Below, piece after piece: positions 31,801-41,691 of a DNA stretch of 64,000 bases; within the stretch, counting starts at the first letter, position 1, and each line of letters begins with the position of its first letter. Location of the stretch: the NCBI GenBank assembly GCA_040901985.1, contig JBBDYC010000003.1, positions 42,323 to 106,322 on the forward strand. The letters are read 5' to 3'. The stretch is from Gemmatimonadaceae bacterium (GTDB lineage Bacteria; Gemmatimonadota; Gemmatimonadetes; Gemmatimonadales; Gemmatimonadaceae). The notes under the pieces are model-generated. The model was not told the DNA's origin and ran no database searches. It was given only the letters and a program-made list of their open reading frames with translations. Made by a program: the position numbers and the translations under genes.

Positions 31801-32424
31801 GTGGCCGGCGGCTGGAGCGCGATCGAGAAGTCGCTGCGCGCCGCCGGCGCGGTGCACATCGCCGGTGTGGATGAGGTTGGACGGGGCCCCCTCGCGGGCC
31901 CCGTCGTCGTTTGTGCCGTCGTGATGCCAGTGGACCGACGCGCCATCCGGGGCGTGACCGACTCCAAGCAGCTCACCGCCGCCGAGCGCGAACGGCTGGC
32001 GGGGCGCATCCGCGAGCAGGCCGTCGCCCTCGCGCTCGCCGCCTCGTCGGTGGCCGTGATCGGGCGCTGGAACATCTACGAGGCCACGACGCGGGCGATG
32101 GCGCGCGCCATCGCCCGGCTTGCGGTGGTGCCCGATCACGTGCTGGTGGACGGCAAGCCCATCCGCACGCTCGGCGTCCCCCACCAGGCCATCGTCGGGG
32201 GGGATGCCAAGTGCTACAGCATCGCCTGCGCCAGCATCGTCGCCAAGGTGGTACGCGACCGCCTGATGACGCGGCTCTCCGGACGGCACCCGGTGTATGG
32301 CTGGGAGGCCAACGCGGGGTACGGGACGCCGGCACATCTTGCCGCGCTCCGGTCCGCTGGGCTGACCGCCCACCACCGAATCACATTCTGCCGGACGGCG
32401 CTCGGCGCGCAGCTCGAACTCTGA
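31801..32424 (+). CDS. rnhB: Ribonuclease HII
   Basis: GVDEVGRGPLAGPV, DSK, LVDG, IACASIVAKVVRD and GYGT. Confidence 0.95.
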   Translation: MAGGWSAIEKSLRAAGAVHIAGVDEVGRGPLAGPVVVCAVVMPVDRRAIRGVTDSKQLTAAERERLAGRIREQAVALALAASSVAVIGRWNIYEATTRAMARAIARLAVVPDHVLVDGKPIRTLGVPHQAIVGGDAKCYSIACASIVAKVVRDRLMTRLSGRHPVYGWEANAGYGTPAHLAALRSAGLTAHHRITFCRTALGAQLEL

Positions 32425-32490
32425 CGCGATCGCCCGGCGCGCCGGCCGCCACCCGGCGCCGGTGACGCCACCGCTCATTGCTGGAGTCAT

Positions 32491-33045
32491 ATGACCATGG
32501 ACGGGTTGAGTGACGCGGAGCTGGTGGCGGCGACCCGTGCGGGGAATACCCAGGCCTTTGCGCAGTTGGTGAGGCGGTATCGGGACCGACACGCGCGCTT
32601 TGCCTCGCGGATGCTGGGCGACCGCGACGACGCCGAGGATGTGTTGCAGTCGGCATTCCTGCGGGCGTATCGGGGACTGGCGCGCTGCGAGGACTCGACG
32701 CGATTCGGGGCCTGGCTGCACGCGATCGTGGTCAACGAGTGTCGGACCTTCGCGACGCGACGAGGTGTGCGGGAGCGGCGGCTGGTTCGGGACCCGATGG
32801 TGATTGACGGAGTGGCGAGCGCCGGCGCGCCGGCAGCCGACAGCGCGCTCCGGCGAGCGATCGAACGGGCGCTCGAGGAGTTGCCGGTGGACCAGCGCGA
32901 GGCGTTCGTACTGAAGCACGTCGAGGAGCTGGAGTACGAGGAAATGGCGGAAGTGACCGGGGCAGGGGTCTCGGCGCTCAAGATGCGGGTGAAACGCGCG
33001 TGCGAGCGGCTGCGGGAGCGGCTGCAAGGAGTGGTGGATGACTGA
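32491..33045 (+). CDS. ECF-family RNA polymerase sigma factor
   Basis: AFAQLVRRY, DAEDVLQSAF, WLHAIVVN and region 4 LP..QREAFVLKHVEELEYEEMA. Confidence 0.9.
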   Translation: MTMDGLSDAELVAATRAGNTQAFAQLVRRYRDRHARFASRMLGDRDDAEDVLQSAFLRAYRGLARCEDSTRFGAWLHAIVVNECRTFATRRGVRERRLVRDPMVIDGVASAGAPAADSALRRAIERALEELPVDQREAFVLKHVEELEYEEMAEVTGAGVSALKMRVKRACERLRERLQGVVDD

Positions 33046-33598
33046 TTGGATGAACACCGAGGAATTCGCGGCGCGCGTGGCGACGCCGCTCAAGGCGCCG
33101 GTGACACTCGACGCCGGATTCGAGGCGCGCGTGATGCGCGCCGTCGAGGAGGCGTCGCGCCCGTGGTGGCAGCGGTCGCGTACCTTCACGCTCTCGCCGA
33201 TCGGCGGCCTTGCGCTCGCCGCCGGCTTCGCCGGCCTGATGGTCCTCGGCGCGCTGGGTGGCGCCCGGATGCTCGGCGATGCCCCGGTGGTCGCCGCCGC
33301 CGCTCCCGACACGGTGCACGTGGTGCGCTTCATCTTCGTCGAGCCGACCGCTCGGTCGGTCGCGCTGGCCGGCGACTTCAATGGTTGGTCTCGCACGGCG
33401 ACGCCGCTCAGCCCTGCCGATGGCTCGGGGGCGTGGACCGTCACCGTCCCGATCACTGCGGGCAGACACGAGTACTCGTTCATCGTGGACGGCGAGCGCT
33501 GGGTGGCCGACCCCTATGCGTTGGCATCGCTGGTGGACGAATTCGGGATTGCCAGTTCGGTGCTCCTCGTCGGCGGAGACGAACGACGCGGCACTTGA
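33038..33598 (+). CDS. Putative anti-sigma factor with TM helix and CBM48/AMPK-beta-like glycan-binding domain
   Basis: Overlaps the sigma stop; single TM; VRFIF, VALAGDFNGW, GRHEYSFIVDGERWVADP. Confidence 0.75.
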   Translation: MTDWMNTEEFAARVATPLKAPVTLDAGFEARVMRAVEEASRPWWQRSRTFTLSPIGGLALAAGFAGLMVLGALGGARMLGDAPVVAAAAPDTVHVVRFIFVEPTARSVALAGDFNGWSRTATPLSPADGSGAWTVTVPITAGRHEYSFIVDGERWVADPYALASLVDEFGIASSVLLVGGDERRGT

Positions 33599-33605
33599 TC
33601 GCCCG

Positions 33606-33878
33606 CTCCTCAACTATTCACCCGAGCTGACGCAGACCGCGTATCGGGTGGGCGACAGCCTCACCAACATCATCACGCCGCTGAGCTCGAACTTTCCGCT
33701 CGTGTTGATGTTCTTCCAGCGCTATCGCTCGACGGCGGGGATCGGGACGCTCACCGCGACGATGCTGCCCTACTCGGTGGCGAACTTCGTGGCGTGGACG
33801 GTGATGCTCATCGCCTGGGTGCTCCTGGGGCTGCCGACCGGGCCGGGCGCTCCGCTCTTTCTTGCCGGCCAGCCCTGA
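33606..33878 (+). pseudogene. C-terminal remnant of an AbgT-family transporter
   Basis: LLNYSPELTQTAYRVGDSLTNIITP...GIGTL.ATMLPYS...LGLPTGPG resembles an AbgT C-terminus. No start codon or N-terminal part present. Confidence 0.75.
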
Positions 33879-33951
33879 CTCGGCATTCAGCGTGGGCGGC
33901 CGCTAGATTGCGGGTCGGCGGCGGCTCGGGAACCCCTCGGACCGACGTTCC

Positions 33952-34024
33952 GACCCGGTAGCTCAGCTGGTAGAGCAACGGACTTTTAATCCGTAGTGCG
34001 TGGGTTCGATCCCCACCCGGGTCA
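33952..34024 (+). tRNA. tRNA-Lys (TTT)
   Basis: Acceptor GACCCGG/CCGGGTC, D arm GCTC/GAGC, anticodon arm ACGGA-CTTTTAA-TCCGT, T arm GTGGG-TTCGATC-CCCAC. CCA not encoded. Confidence 0.96.
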
Positions 34025-34078
34025 CTCGCAACGCCCGACGGCGCGCCGCAGCGGCCCTGAACGAGTAACCGAGAATTT

Positions 34079-35908
34079 ATGTACCTGCTCCGGAGCGCGT
34101 TTGCGCTGGGTCTCTGGGCCACCATTGCCCACGCCCAGACCGATTACTACAACACCGACCGCGGGCGCCCGCTCGCCGTCGAGGACGCCGTGGTCGTCGA
34201 GCGGCGCGCCTTCGAGTTCCAACTGATGCCGCTGCGCTTGGAGCGCCCGACGCCGGGGCTCACCGTGTGGGGGTACGCGCCGGCGTTCGCCTGGGGGATC
34301 CTCCCGCGCACGCAGGTCGAGGTGGAGTTCCCGCTGCTCCTGCGGGCGGTGGAGGGATTGCCGAACACCGGTCCGGGCGGCGCTGGGATCGAACTCGAGC
34401 TGCTCCACCAGCTGAACACCGAGTCGTTGCCCTTTCCTGGGTTCGCGCTCGGCGCCGGCGTCCATCTGCCGACCGGTCCGTTCGGGCCGTCGCGGGCGAT
34501 TCCCGTGCTCCGCGGTGCGGCGACGCGCACGCTCGGCTGGGGACGTCTCCACGCGAACGTCGCCTACTCGCCGGGGCAGGCGCTCGCGCCAGCGGACAAC
34601 GGCGGTTCGTCGCGGTGGTTCGCCGGATTCGCTGTCGACCACACCTTCGCGTTGCGCCAGCTCCTGGTCGGCGTGGACCTGACCGCCGAGGAATCATTGC
34701 GCGACGACGGCGTCGTCGTCTGGCGGAGCACGGTCGGCGTCCGGCGGCAGATGACCTCGCGGCTCGCGATGGACCTCGGACTCTTCCAGCGGCTTGCGAC
34801 CGGCGACCCGGAGTGGGGCCTCACGCTGGGCGGCGCCTTCGCGTTCGGGCAGCGCACGGTGCCGTCGCGTCCCTCGTCACCGCGCGTCTCGACTGGCGCC
34901 TGGAGCACCGTCTACGAGCAGCATCAGCTCCAGGCCCCACACAACTTCGCGTTCCGGCGCCGCTATCCGAACGCGGACCGGCTCTTCAACGCCTTCGACT
35001 ACGGGCACGCAATCCTCTACGAGACGCTCTATCGGTCGCTCGACGAGGCGCCCCAGCTGCTCGAGGACCGGGAGTATAGGTTCCTGACCGAGGAGCTCCT
35101 GGTGCGGCCGCCCCGTCTCCCGGTGGCGGAGGACGCAATTGAGCCGATCTACGCGCGCCTCGCGCCGGAGGCCAAGGCGATGTTCGAGTGGGCGCACGTC
35201 CTGCATCGGCAGGTCTACGACATCCTTGCCGACGAGCGCCTCGACGCCGCGGCCAAGGGGCGCGAGATGGCGCGGCTCGAGGCGTACTACCTCTCGCGCC
35301 GCGACCTCGCCTTCAGCACGCACCCGAAGACGATGGCGCTGATGCAGGAACAGCCCTACTCGCTCGCCTTCCGACAGGGATTCCCGAAGTTCAACGGCCT
35401 GATCTGGGCGTACCACTGGCTCCAGGTGGGGCTGTACGAGCCGCTCCTCGTCGGGCGCACGGCCGAGGAGCGGCAGGCGCTGGTGGCGGCAACCGTGGCG
35501 CGCTTCCGGCAGATGCTTCCCGATGCGCCGAACGGGTTCCCGGTCGTGATGCCGATGACGGCGGCCATCGCCCCGCGATTTGCCGAGCGCTGGCCGACCC
35601 TCGCGATCATCTTCGACAACCTGCACTCGATGCACGACGTGATCTCGGACATCCTGGCGAATCCGGCGGTCGCCCCCGGCGAGAAGCGCTCGAAGATCCT
35701 CAAGGCGGCGGCCGCGTTTCGCGACGACACCACGGAGGTGATGACCGTGGCCGGTTGGCGCCGGATGTCCGAGATGATGGGTCTGCACAACCAGGGGGGG
35801 CCGGCCGTCGGGTTCGCGCCGGAGCTCCCGACACCCACCGTGCCGCGGGGCTTCGTGATGCGGCACGACAAGGACGGGAATCCGATCGGGGCGCACGACC
35901 ACCCCTAA
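34079..35908 (+). CDS. Secreted two-domain hypothetical protein: putative outer-membrane beta-barrel fused to a helical His-repeat domain
   Basis: Signal peptide ending AHA-Q, amphipathic beta-strand N-half, Pro/Ser linker and four His-containing helical repeats. Confidence 0.7.
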   Translation: MYLLRSAFALGLWATIAHAQTDYYNTDRGRPLAVEDAVVVERRAFEFQLMPLRLERPTPGLTVWGYAPAFAWGILPRTQVEVEFPLLLRAVEGLPNTGPGGAGIELELLHQLNTESLPFPGFALGAGVHLPTGPFGPSRAIPVLRGAATRTLGWGRLHANVAYSPGQALAPADNGGSSRWFAGFAVDHTFALRQLLVGVDLTAEESLRDDGVVVWRSTVGVRRQMTSRLAMDLGLFQRLATGDPEWGLTLGGAFAFGQRTVPSRPSSPRVSTGAWSTVYEQHQLQAPHNFAFRRRYPNADRLFNAFDYGHAILYETLYRSLDEAPQLLEDREYRFLTEELLVRPPRLPVAEDAIEPIYARLAPEAKAMFEWAHVLHRQVYDILADERLDAAAKGREMARLEAYYLSRRDLAFSTHPKTMALMQEQPYSLAFRQGFPKFNGLIWAYHWLQVGLYEPLLVGRTAEERQALVAATVARFRQMLPDAPNGFPVVMPMTAAIAPRFAERWPTLAIIFDNLHSMHDVISDILANPAVAPGEKRSKILKAAAAFRDDTTEVMTVAGWRRMSEMMGLHNQGGPAVGFAPELPTPTVPRGFVMRHDKDGNPIGAHDHP

Positions 35909-35983
35909 GGGTCGGGGAAACCCTTACGGAAATTCCGAACCTTCCTTATGGTTGGCGGGAATGGCCAAGTCCACCTTCCGCCT

Positions 35984-36643
35984 ATGACAGACGACCTCAT
36001 CCGAGTGATTCTCGCCGACGACCATTCCGTCGTCCGGGCGGGCCTGAAGGCCGTGCTGGGGGCGGCCAAGGACATCCACGTGGTGGGCGAGGCGTCGAAC
36101 GGTCCGGACGCGGTGGCCCTCGCCGAGCGCCTCAAGCCGCACGTCGTGGTGATGGACCTCTCGATTGGCGAGGTGGATGGCGGGCAGGCGACGAAGATGC
36201 TGATCGAGAAGGGCATCCCGTCGCGGGTGCTGATCCTGACGATGCATCCCGAGGACGAGTACCTCGTGCCGATGCTCGAGGCCGGCGCCTCGGGCTTCCT
36301 GCCGAAGACGGCGGCGGACCGCGAGTTGCTCGAGGCGGTGCGGACGGTGGCCCGGGGAGAGATCTTCGTCCGCCCGGAGGCGGCGCGCATCCTCGCCAAG
36401 GGCTATCAGCGCAAGGACCCGATGCACGAGGACCGGACGCGTTACGAGAAGCTCACCGAGCGCGAACGCGACGTCCTGCGGCTCGTCGCCCAGGGGTACT
36501 CGGCGCCGGAGATCGGCGAGCAGCTCTTCATCTCGCCGAAGACGGTGGACACGTACAAGCAGCGGATCCAGGACAAGCTCGGGCTCTCGCACCGCCACGA
36601 GTACGTGCAGTTCGCGTTGCGGCTGGGCCTGCTGCACGTCTGA
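35984..36643 (+). CDS. NarL/LuxR-family response regulator
   Basis: ILADDHSVVRAG, VMDLS, GASGFLPK and LTERERDVL...ISPKTVDTY. Confidence 0.92.
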   Translation: MTDDLIRVILADDHSVVRAGLKAVLGAAKDIHVVGEASNGPDAVALAERLKPHVVVMDLSIGEVDGGQATKMLIEKGIPSRVLILTMHPEDEYLVPMLEAGASGFLPKTAADRELLEAVRTVARGEIFVRPEAARILAKGYQRKDPMHEDRTRYEKLTERERDVLRLVAQGYSAPEIGEQLFISPKTVDTYKQRIQDKLGLSHRHEYVQFALRLGLLHV

Positions 36644-36692
36644 GCGGCGTCACCCTCGCTGAGGCGCCGTCCGCCGGGCATATTCCGGCCCG

Positions 36693-38534
36693 ATGCCCTC
36701 GACCCTCGCGAAACTCCGTTACATCGTCGGCGCCGGGGTGCTCTCGCTCGTCGTCGTGGCGGGGATTGCGTTCGTGGCCACCGGACGGATGGTGGACGCC
36801 GGTGCGGATGACCAGTCGCTGCGCCTGACGCAGGGCCTCGTGGCCCTCTTGATGGTGCTCGCGCTGGTGCTGGCCTGGTTCGCCTACGCGAGCCTGCACG
36901 ACGACCTGCGGCGGCGCGCCGAGGCGGAGGCCGCGCTCCGCGCCTCGGAGGCGAAGTTTTCCGGGATCCTCGAGATTGCCGCCGACGCGATCATCTCGGT
37001 GGATTCGCGCCAGCGGATCGTCCACTTCAACCGGGGCGCCGAGCAGATCTTTGGCTGGTCGGCGGCCGATGCGCTGGGCAAGGAGCTGGCCTTCCTCCTG
37101 CCGTCGCGGCACCGCGGCGTCCACGCGCAGCACGTGGCGGGCTTCGGCCGGTCGAGCGAGTCGTCCCGCGTGATGGGAGAGCGTCGGGTGATCTCGGGCC
37201 TCCGTCGCGACGGCTCGGAGTTCCCGGCGGAGGCATCCATCTCCAAGCTCGCGCTGGCCTCGGGCGAGCATCTCTACACCGTCCTCCTCCGCGACATCAC
37301 CGAGCGGCGGCTGCACGAGGCGGCGCAGGAGCGGCTCACGCGCGCGGTCGCGATGCTTGGCGAGACGCTCGAGGTGGACGCCACCGAGCGTTCGATCGTC
37401 CATCTCGCACTCCCGTGGCTCGCCGATGGGGCGCTGCTCGACGTCGTGACGGGGACGCACCAGCTGCGCCGCGTCCCGGCGCAGGTCGCGGACGCCGGCC
37501 TGACGGCGGCGCTCACCGCCCTCGCCGCGGCTCCGCTCGATATGGACTCGCCGTCGCGGGTCGTGGACGTGTTGCTCCGCGGAGAGCCGGAGTACGTCCC
37601 CGAGGTCAGCGACGAATGGTTGGAGGCCCACAGCAGTGACCGGGACGAGTTCGAACGGATGCGCGCGCTCGGGATGCGCACGGTGCTCCTGCTCCCGCTG
37701 GTGGCGCGTGAACACGTCCTTGGCGTGCTCAAGCTGTTTCGCGTCGCCGGTGGTGAGCCGTTCAGCGAGGCGGAGCGGGCGGTCGCGCGCGAGGTGGCGC
37801 TGCGGGCGGCGTTCGCGCTCGACAACGCGCGGCTCTACGAGCAGGCGCGGCAGGCGACGATCGCGCGGGACCACGCGCTGGGCGTGGTCTCGCACGACCT
37901 GCGCAATCCGATCTCGGCGATCGGGATGTGCGCGCGTGCCCTCCTCGCGGCAACCGCCGCCGACGACACCGAGCGGCGGGGCCTGGTGACGACGATCGTG
38001 GACTCGACCGAGCTGACGCAGCGGATGATCCGCGACCTGCTCGATGTGGCGAGCATCGAGGTGGGGCGGTTGGCCGTGGAGCGGCGGACCGTCGCGGTCG
38101 CGCCGCTGCTCGAGCGGGCGATGGCGCTCTTTCGCCGCGAAGCCGACGACCGCGGCGTCGCCTTGCGCGTGCAGCACGAGGCCGACCTGCCGGAGGCAAC
38201 CGGGGACGAGGAGCGGCTGGTGCAAGTTCTCTCGAACCTGCTCGGCAACGCGCTGCGGTTCTCCGACCGCGGCGATGAGGTGACGCTCGGGGCGCGGCGC
38301 GTCGGCCGGGTACTCGAAATCGCCGTGCGCGACACCGGCGCCGGGATCCCGCCGTCGGAGCTCCCACGGATATTTGAGCGCTACTGGACCGTACGGCGGA
38401 GTACTCCAAAAGGGGGAACCGGGCTCGGCCTCGCCATCGCCCGCGGAATCGTCGAGGCACACGGTGGGCGGCTCTGGGCGGAGAGTGTCCTCGGACAGGG
38501 CAGCACCTTCCGGTTCACGGTGCCAGTGGCCTGA
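36693..38534 (+). CDS. Membrane PAS-GAF sensor histidine kinase
   Basis: Two TM helices, PAS (DAIIS, FNRGAEQIFG, RRDGSEFP), GAF, SHDLRNP, NLLGNA and GTGLGLAI. Confidence 0.9.
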   Translation: MPSTLAKLRYIVGAGVLSLVVVAGIAFVATGRMVDAGADDQSLRLTQGLVALLMVLALVLAWFAYASLHDDLRRRAEAEAALRASEAKFSGILEIAADAIISVDSRQRIVHFNRGAEQIFGWSAADALGKELAFLLPSRHRGVHAQHVAGFGRSSESSRVMGERRVISGLRRDGSEFPAEASISKLALASGEHLYTVLLRDITERRLHEAAQERLTRAVAMLGETLEVDATERSIVHLALPWLADGALLDVVTGTHQLRRVPAQVADAGLTAALTALAAAPLDMDSPSRVVDVLLRGEPEYVPEVSDEWLEAHSSDRDEFERMRALGMRTVLLLPLVAREHVLGVLKLFRVAGGEPFSEAERAVAREVALRAAFALDNARLYEQARQATIARDHALGVVSHDLRNPISAIGMCARALLAATAADDTERRGLVTTIVDSTELTQRMIRDLLDVASIEVGRLAVERRTVAVAPLLERAMALFRREADDRGVALRVQHEADLPEATGDEERLVQVLSNLLGNALRFSDRGDEVTLGARRVGRVLEIAVRDTGAGIPPSELPRIFERYWTVRRSTPKGGTGLGLAIARGIVEAHGGRLWAESVLGQGSTFRFTVPVA

Positions 38535-38726
38535 GGCGACGGGACGACGGGCCCTGGCGCGTGACGCTACGGGCGGGACCTGCGTCACAATGAAACGCGC
38601 AGTCAGGGCCGAAATCCCGCGCCGGGGTAGACTACAGGAAGGTTCATCCAGATATTGGGTTGGCCAAGGCATCGGGTCCCGCTGCGCGACGGCGCTTTGG
38701 GGACCCGACCCGAGTGAGGAGTGTTG

Positions 38727-40145
38727 ATGGCAGCAAGGCGAGTGCTGGTGCTTTCCGGGATTGTTGTTCTCTCCGCCTGCGGCACGGGGGTGTTTACGCG
38801 CGCGGCGTCGGCGCCGGGACCGGCAGTTGCCGCGCCCGACGTCGCCGCGACGCCCGAGGGCGACTCCGTCGCGTCGAGCTCCCCGGTCAGCGAGGGGTCG
38901 CTGACGCCGGTGGTCCCGACGGCGGCGGCCGAAATCCCGGTGGACACCGGCCCCCTCCCTCCCGCCTGGGACATTGACGTCGGCCCCTACGAGACGCACG
39001 CGCGCGTCGAGTACTTCATCGAGCGATTCCGCGGGCCGATCAAGGCCACCTTCGAGCTCGCGCTCGAGCGGCAATCGCGCTACGCGCCGATGATTCACGA
39101 GCGCCTGCGCGCCGGCGGTCTTCCCGACGACATGATCTTCCTGCCGCTGATCGAGAGTTGGTACGATCCCCACGCCTACTCGGTGGCGGCCGCCGTCGGG
39201 ATGTGGCAATTCATGACCGCGACGGCCAAGGGGGTTGGCCTCCGCGTGGACTGGTGGATTGACGAGCGCCGCGACCCGGTGCGCTCCACCGATGGGGCGG
39301 TGCGCTACCTGAACGAGTTGCGCGGCAGCTTTGGCTCGACCTACCTCGCCGCCGCGGCGTACAACGGTGGGCCGGGGCGCATCGCCCGCGGGCTGTTGGC
39401 GCACTCCGCAACCCTCGAGGGCTCGGTCGGCGACGACCTCTTCTTTGCACTCTCCGACAACACTGGCGCCCTTCGTGCGGAGACGCGCGATTACGTGCCG
39501 AAGCTGATTGCCGCGGCGCTGGTCGGGAAGGATCCGGGGCGTCACGGCGTCGAGGCGCGCACGGTGCTGCCGTTCACCTGGGACTCGGTCTCGGTGCCGC
39601 CGGCGACGCCGTTGGCCGCCGTGGCAAAGGCCGCCGGCGTCCCGCTCGACACCGTGCTCGACTACAACCCGCAGGTCCTGCGCGGGATGACTCCGCCGTC
39701 CGGCGCGCCGGTCTGGCTACGGCTGCCGGTCGGCTCGACCGACGGGTTTGCGGCGGCGCTCGCCGCGCTGCCGGAGGCGGAGCGCACCGCCTTCCGGCGG
39801 GTGGTGACCAAGGAAGCCGACTTCATCACGAGGATTGCCCGCGCGAACGGCCTGACCGCGCAGCAACTCAACTGGTACAACCCGCAGGCCACGCGTCAGG
39901 CCAATGGCAACCTCCACGCCGGCCAGCGGATCCTCGTGCCGCGCGCCGACGTCGTGCGCGCCGCACGCGACGTTCCGAACCCGGCCATCGAGCGCTATGG
40001 CGCCTCGAACTTCTATGTCGTGAAGCGCGGCGAGCACCTCTCGCTGATCGCCCGCAAGCACGGCACCACGGTCGCCCGCCTCAAGCAGCTCAACCGGCTC
40101 CAGTCCGACGTGATCCGGATCGGGCAGCGGCTGCGGGTCCGCTAG
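38727..40145 (+). CDS. MltD-like lytic transglycosylase lipoprotein with LysM domains
   Basis: Lipobox [30 protein letters not shown] and C-terminal LysM. SD GAGGAG precedes ATG 38727. Confidence 0.88.
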   Translation: MAARRVLVLSGIVVLSACGTGVFTRAASAPGPAVAAPDVAATPEGDSVASSSPVSEGSLTPVVPTAAAEIPVDTGPLPPAWDIDVGPYETHARVEYFIERFRGPIKATFELALERQSRYAPMIHERLRAGGLPDDMIFLPLIESWYDPHAYSVAAAVGMWQFMTATAKGVGLRVDWWIDERRDPVRSTDGAVRYLNELRGSFGSTYLAAAAYNGGPGRIARGLLAHSATLEGSVGDDLFFALSDNTGALRAETRDYVPKLIAAALVGKDPGRHGVEARTVLPFTWDSVSVPPATPLAAVAKAAGVPLDTVLDYNPQVLRGMTPPSGAPVWLRLPVGSTDGFAAALAALPEAERTAFRRVVTKEADFITRIARANGLTAQQLNWYNPQATRQANGNLHAGQRILVPRADVVRAARDVPNPAIERYGASNFYVVKRGEHLSLIARKHGTTVARLKQLNRLQSDVIRIGQRLRVR

Positions 40146-40615
40146 CCGCTCTTCCCGCCGGCCTTCGCGACCACCCGGATTCCCTCGATCCGCATCCCCC
40201 GGTCGGCACTCTTCGCCATATCGTAGACGGTGAGGAGGGCGACCGAGACCGCAGTCAGCGCCTCCATCTCCACGCCGGTCGGGCCGACGCAGCGCACCTC
40301 GGCCTCGCAGCTGACGCCGGGGAGTGCGTCATCGAGCGCGAACCGCACCTGGACGTCGGTCAGGGCGAGCGGATGGCAGAGCGGGATCAGCTCGGCGGTG
40401 CGCTTGGCGGCGAGCACGCCGGCGATGCGTGCCGCGCCGAGGACGTCGCCCTTCGTGAGCTGCCCGTCGCGCACTGCGGCGAACGCGGCGCCGCTCATCG
40501 TGATCCGCCCCTCGGCGACGGCACGCCGCGCCGTGGCCGGCTTGGCGCTCACGTCCACCATTGATGCCTCGCCGCCCGGGGCGAGGTGCGAGAGCTTCCG
40601 TGGGCCCTCGGTCAT
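40142..40615 (-). CDS. moaC: Cyclic pyranopterin monophosphate synthase
   Basis: [27 protein letters not shown] and YDMAKS. Confidence 0.95.
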   Translation of the reverse strand: MTEGPRKLSHLAPGGEASMVDVSAKPATARRAVAEGRITMSGAAFAAVRDGQLTKGDVLGAARIAGVLAAKRTAELIPLCHPLALTDVQVRFALDDALPGVSCEAEVRCVGPTGVEMEALTAVSVALLTVYDMAKSADRGMRIEGIRVVAKAGGKSG

Positions 40616-41673
40616 CGCGCGCCCCCGGCAATCACCTCGAGGAGCCGGGCGGTGACCAGCTGCGGGTTGGCGTTGCCCTCGGCGGCGCGCTTGGCGTCCT
40701 CGACCGCCGGCACGACCCGCGCCGCTCGGCGCGCGGTGGTGCCGTCGCCACGCGAGGCGGCCTCGCGCACGCGCTCGTGAAGGAGGACGGTGAGCGCATC
40801 GAGGACATCGGTAAAGGCGCCGCGTGCCCGTGCCGAGCCCGACGTGAAGGCGGCGCGGAGCCGCTGCTCCGGGCCGCCGTCGGCCGCCGCGAGCAGGGCG
40901 CGCGCCCGGATGATCGCCGCCGCGCGCCCCTCGGCGCCGATCAGCGCGCCCGGCGCGCCTGCGGCGAGCCGCACGAGTGCCGCAGTGCCGTCGGTCGGCA
41001 GCGATGGCGCCACCAGCGGGTCGGTGACGAACGCGCGCACCACCGCCTCCGGCACCGGCGCGACGCGCACGGCCACCACGCGCGAGCGGATGGTCGGGAG
41101 GAGCGCCCCGGGTTCGCTCGACGTCAGGATGATCGTCGTGTCGGCGGGAGGCTCCTCGAGCAGCTTCAGGAACGCATTGGCCGCTTCCGGCGATGCCGAT
41201 TGCGGGACCATCCGCTCGGCGTCGCCGATCACGAGGACCTTCCGCCTGGCAATCGCCGGCGTTCGCGACGCGAGTTGCACGAGCAGACGCGTTACGTAAA
41301 TGAAGATCCCCGCCGACCCGTCGGGGCGCGGATAAAGGCCGTGCGCCTCGGCGCGCTCCTGCAGTGCCTCGTCGTATTCCTCCTGCACCTTGTCGAGCGC
41401 GATGTCGCTGGAGTTGGCAATCCGTGGTCGCGGGAAGAACCAGCGCAGGTCGGGGTGTTGCAGCGCGAGGACGTAGCGGCAGGCCTGGCACTCGCCGCAG
41501 GGGCGCGAGGCGCCGTCGCAGAGCACGCGCTGGCCGAGCCAGAGGGCGAGGCGTTGCTTGCCCACGCCGGCCGGACCGTGGAAGAGCAGCCCGGCCGGGA
41601 GCGCGCCGCGGTCGGACTGCGCGGCAAGGCGTTCGCGAAGGGCGTCGTGGCCGTATAGTGGGATCAGGGGCAC
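40612..41673 (-). CDS. holB: DNA polymerase III delta' subunit
   Basis: [13 protein letters not shown] Zn motif, [16 protein letters not shown] and LPTIRSR. Confidence 0.85.
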   Translation of the reverse strand: MPLIPLYGHDALRERLAAQSDRGALPAGLLFHGPAGVGKQRLALWLGQRVLCDGASRPCGECQACRYVLALQHPDLRWFFPRPRIANSSDIALDKVQEEYDEALQERAEAHGLYPRPDGSAGIFIYVTRLLVQLASRTPAIARRKVLVIGDAERMVPQSASPEAANAFLKLLEEPPADTTIILTSSEPGALLPTIRSRVVAVRVAPVPEAVVRAFVTDPLVAPSLPTDGTAALVRLAAGAPGALIGAEGRAAAIIRARALLAAADGGPEQRLRAAFTSGSARARGAFTDVLDALTVLLHERVREAASRGDGTTARRAARVVPAVEDAKRAAEGNANPQLVTARLLEVIAGGAR

Positions 41674-41678
41674 CGGCG

Positions 41679-41685
41679 TAAGATA
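41679..41685. promoter_or_regulatory. Overlapping bidirectional -10 elements for holB and the DmpA-family gene
   Basis: TAAGAT (+) is 7 nt before ATG 41692; TATCTT (-) is 6 nt before GTG 41673. Confidence 0.6.
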
Positions 41686-41691
41686 GTCCGT

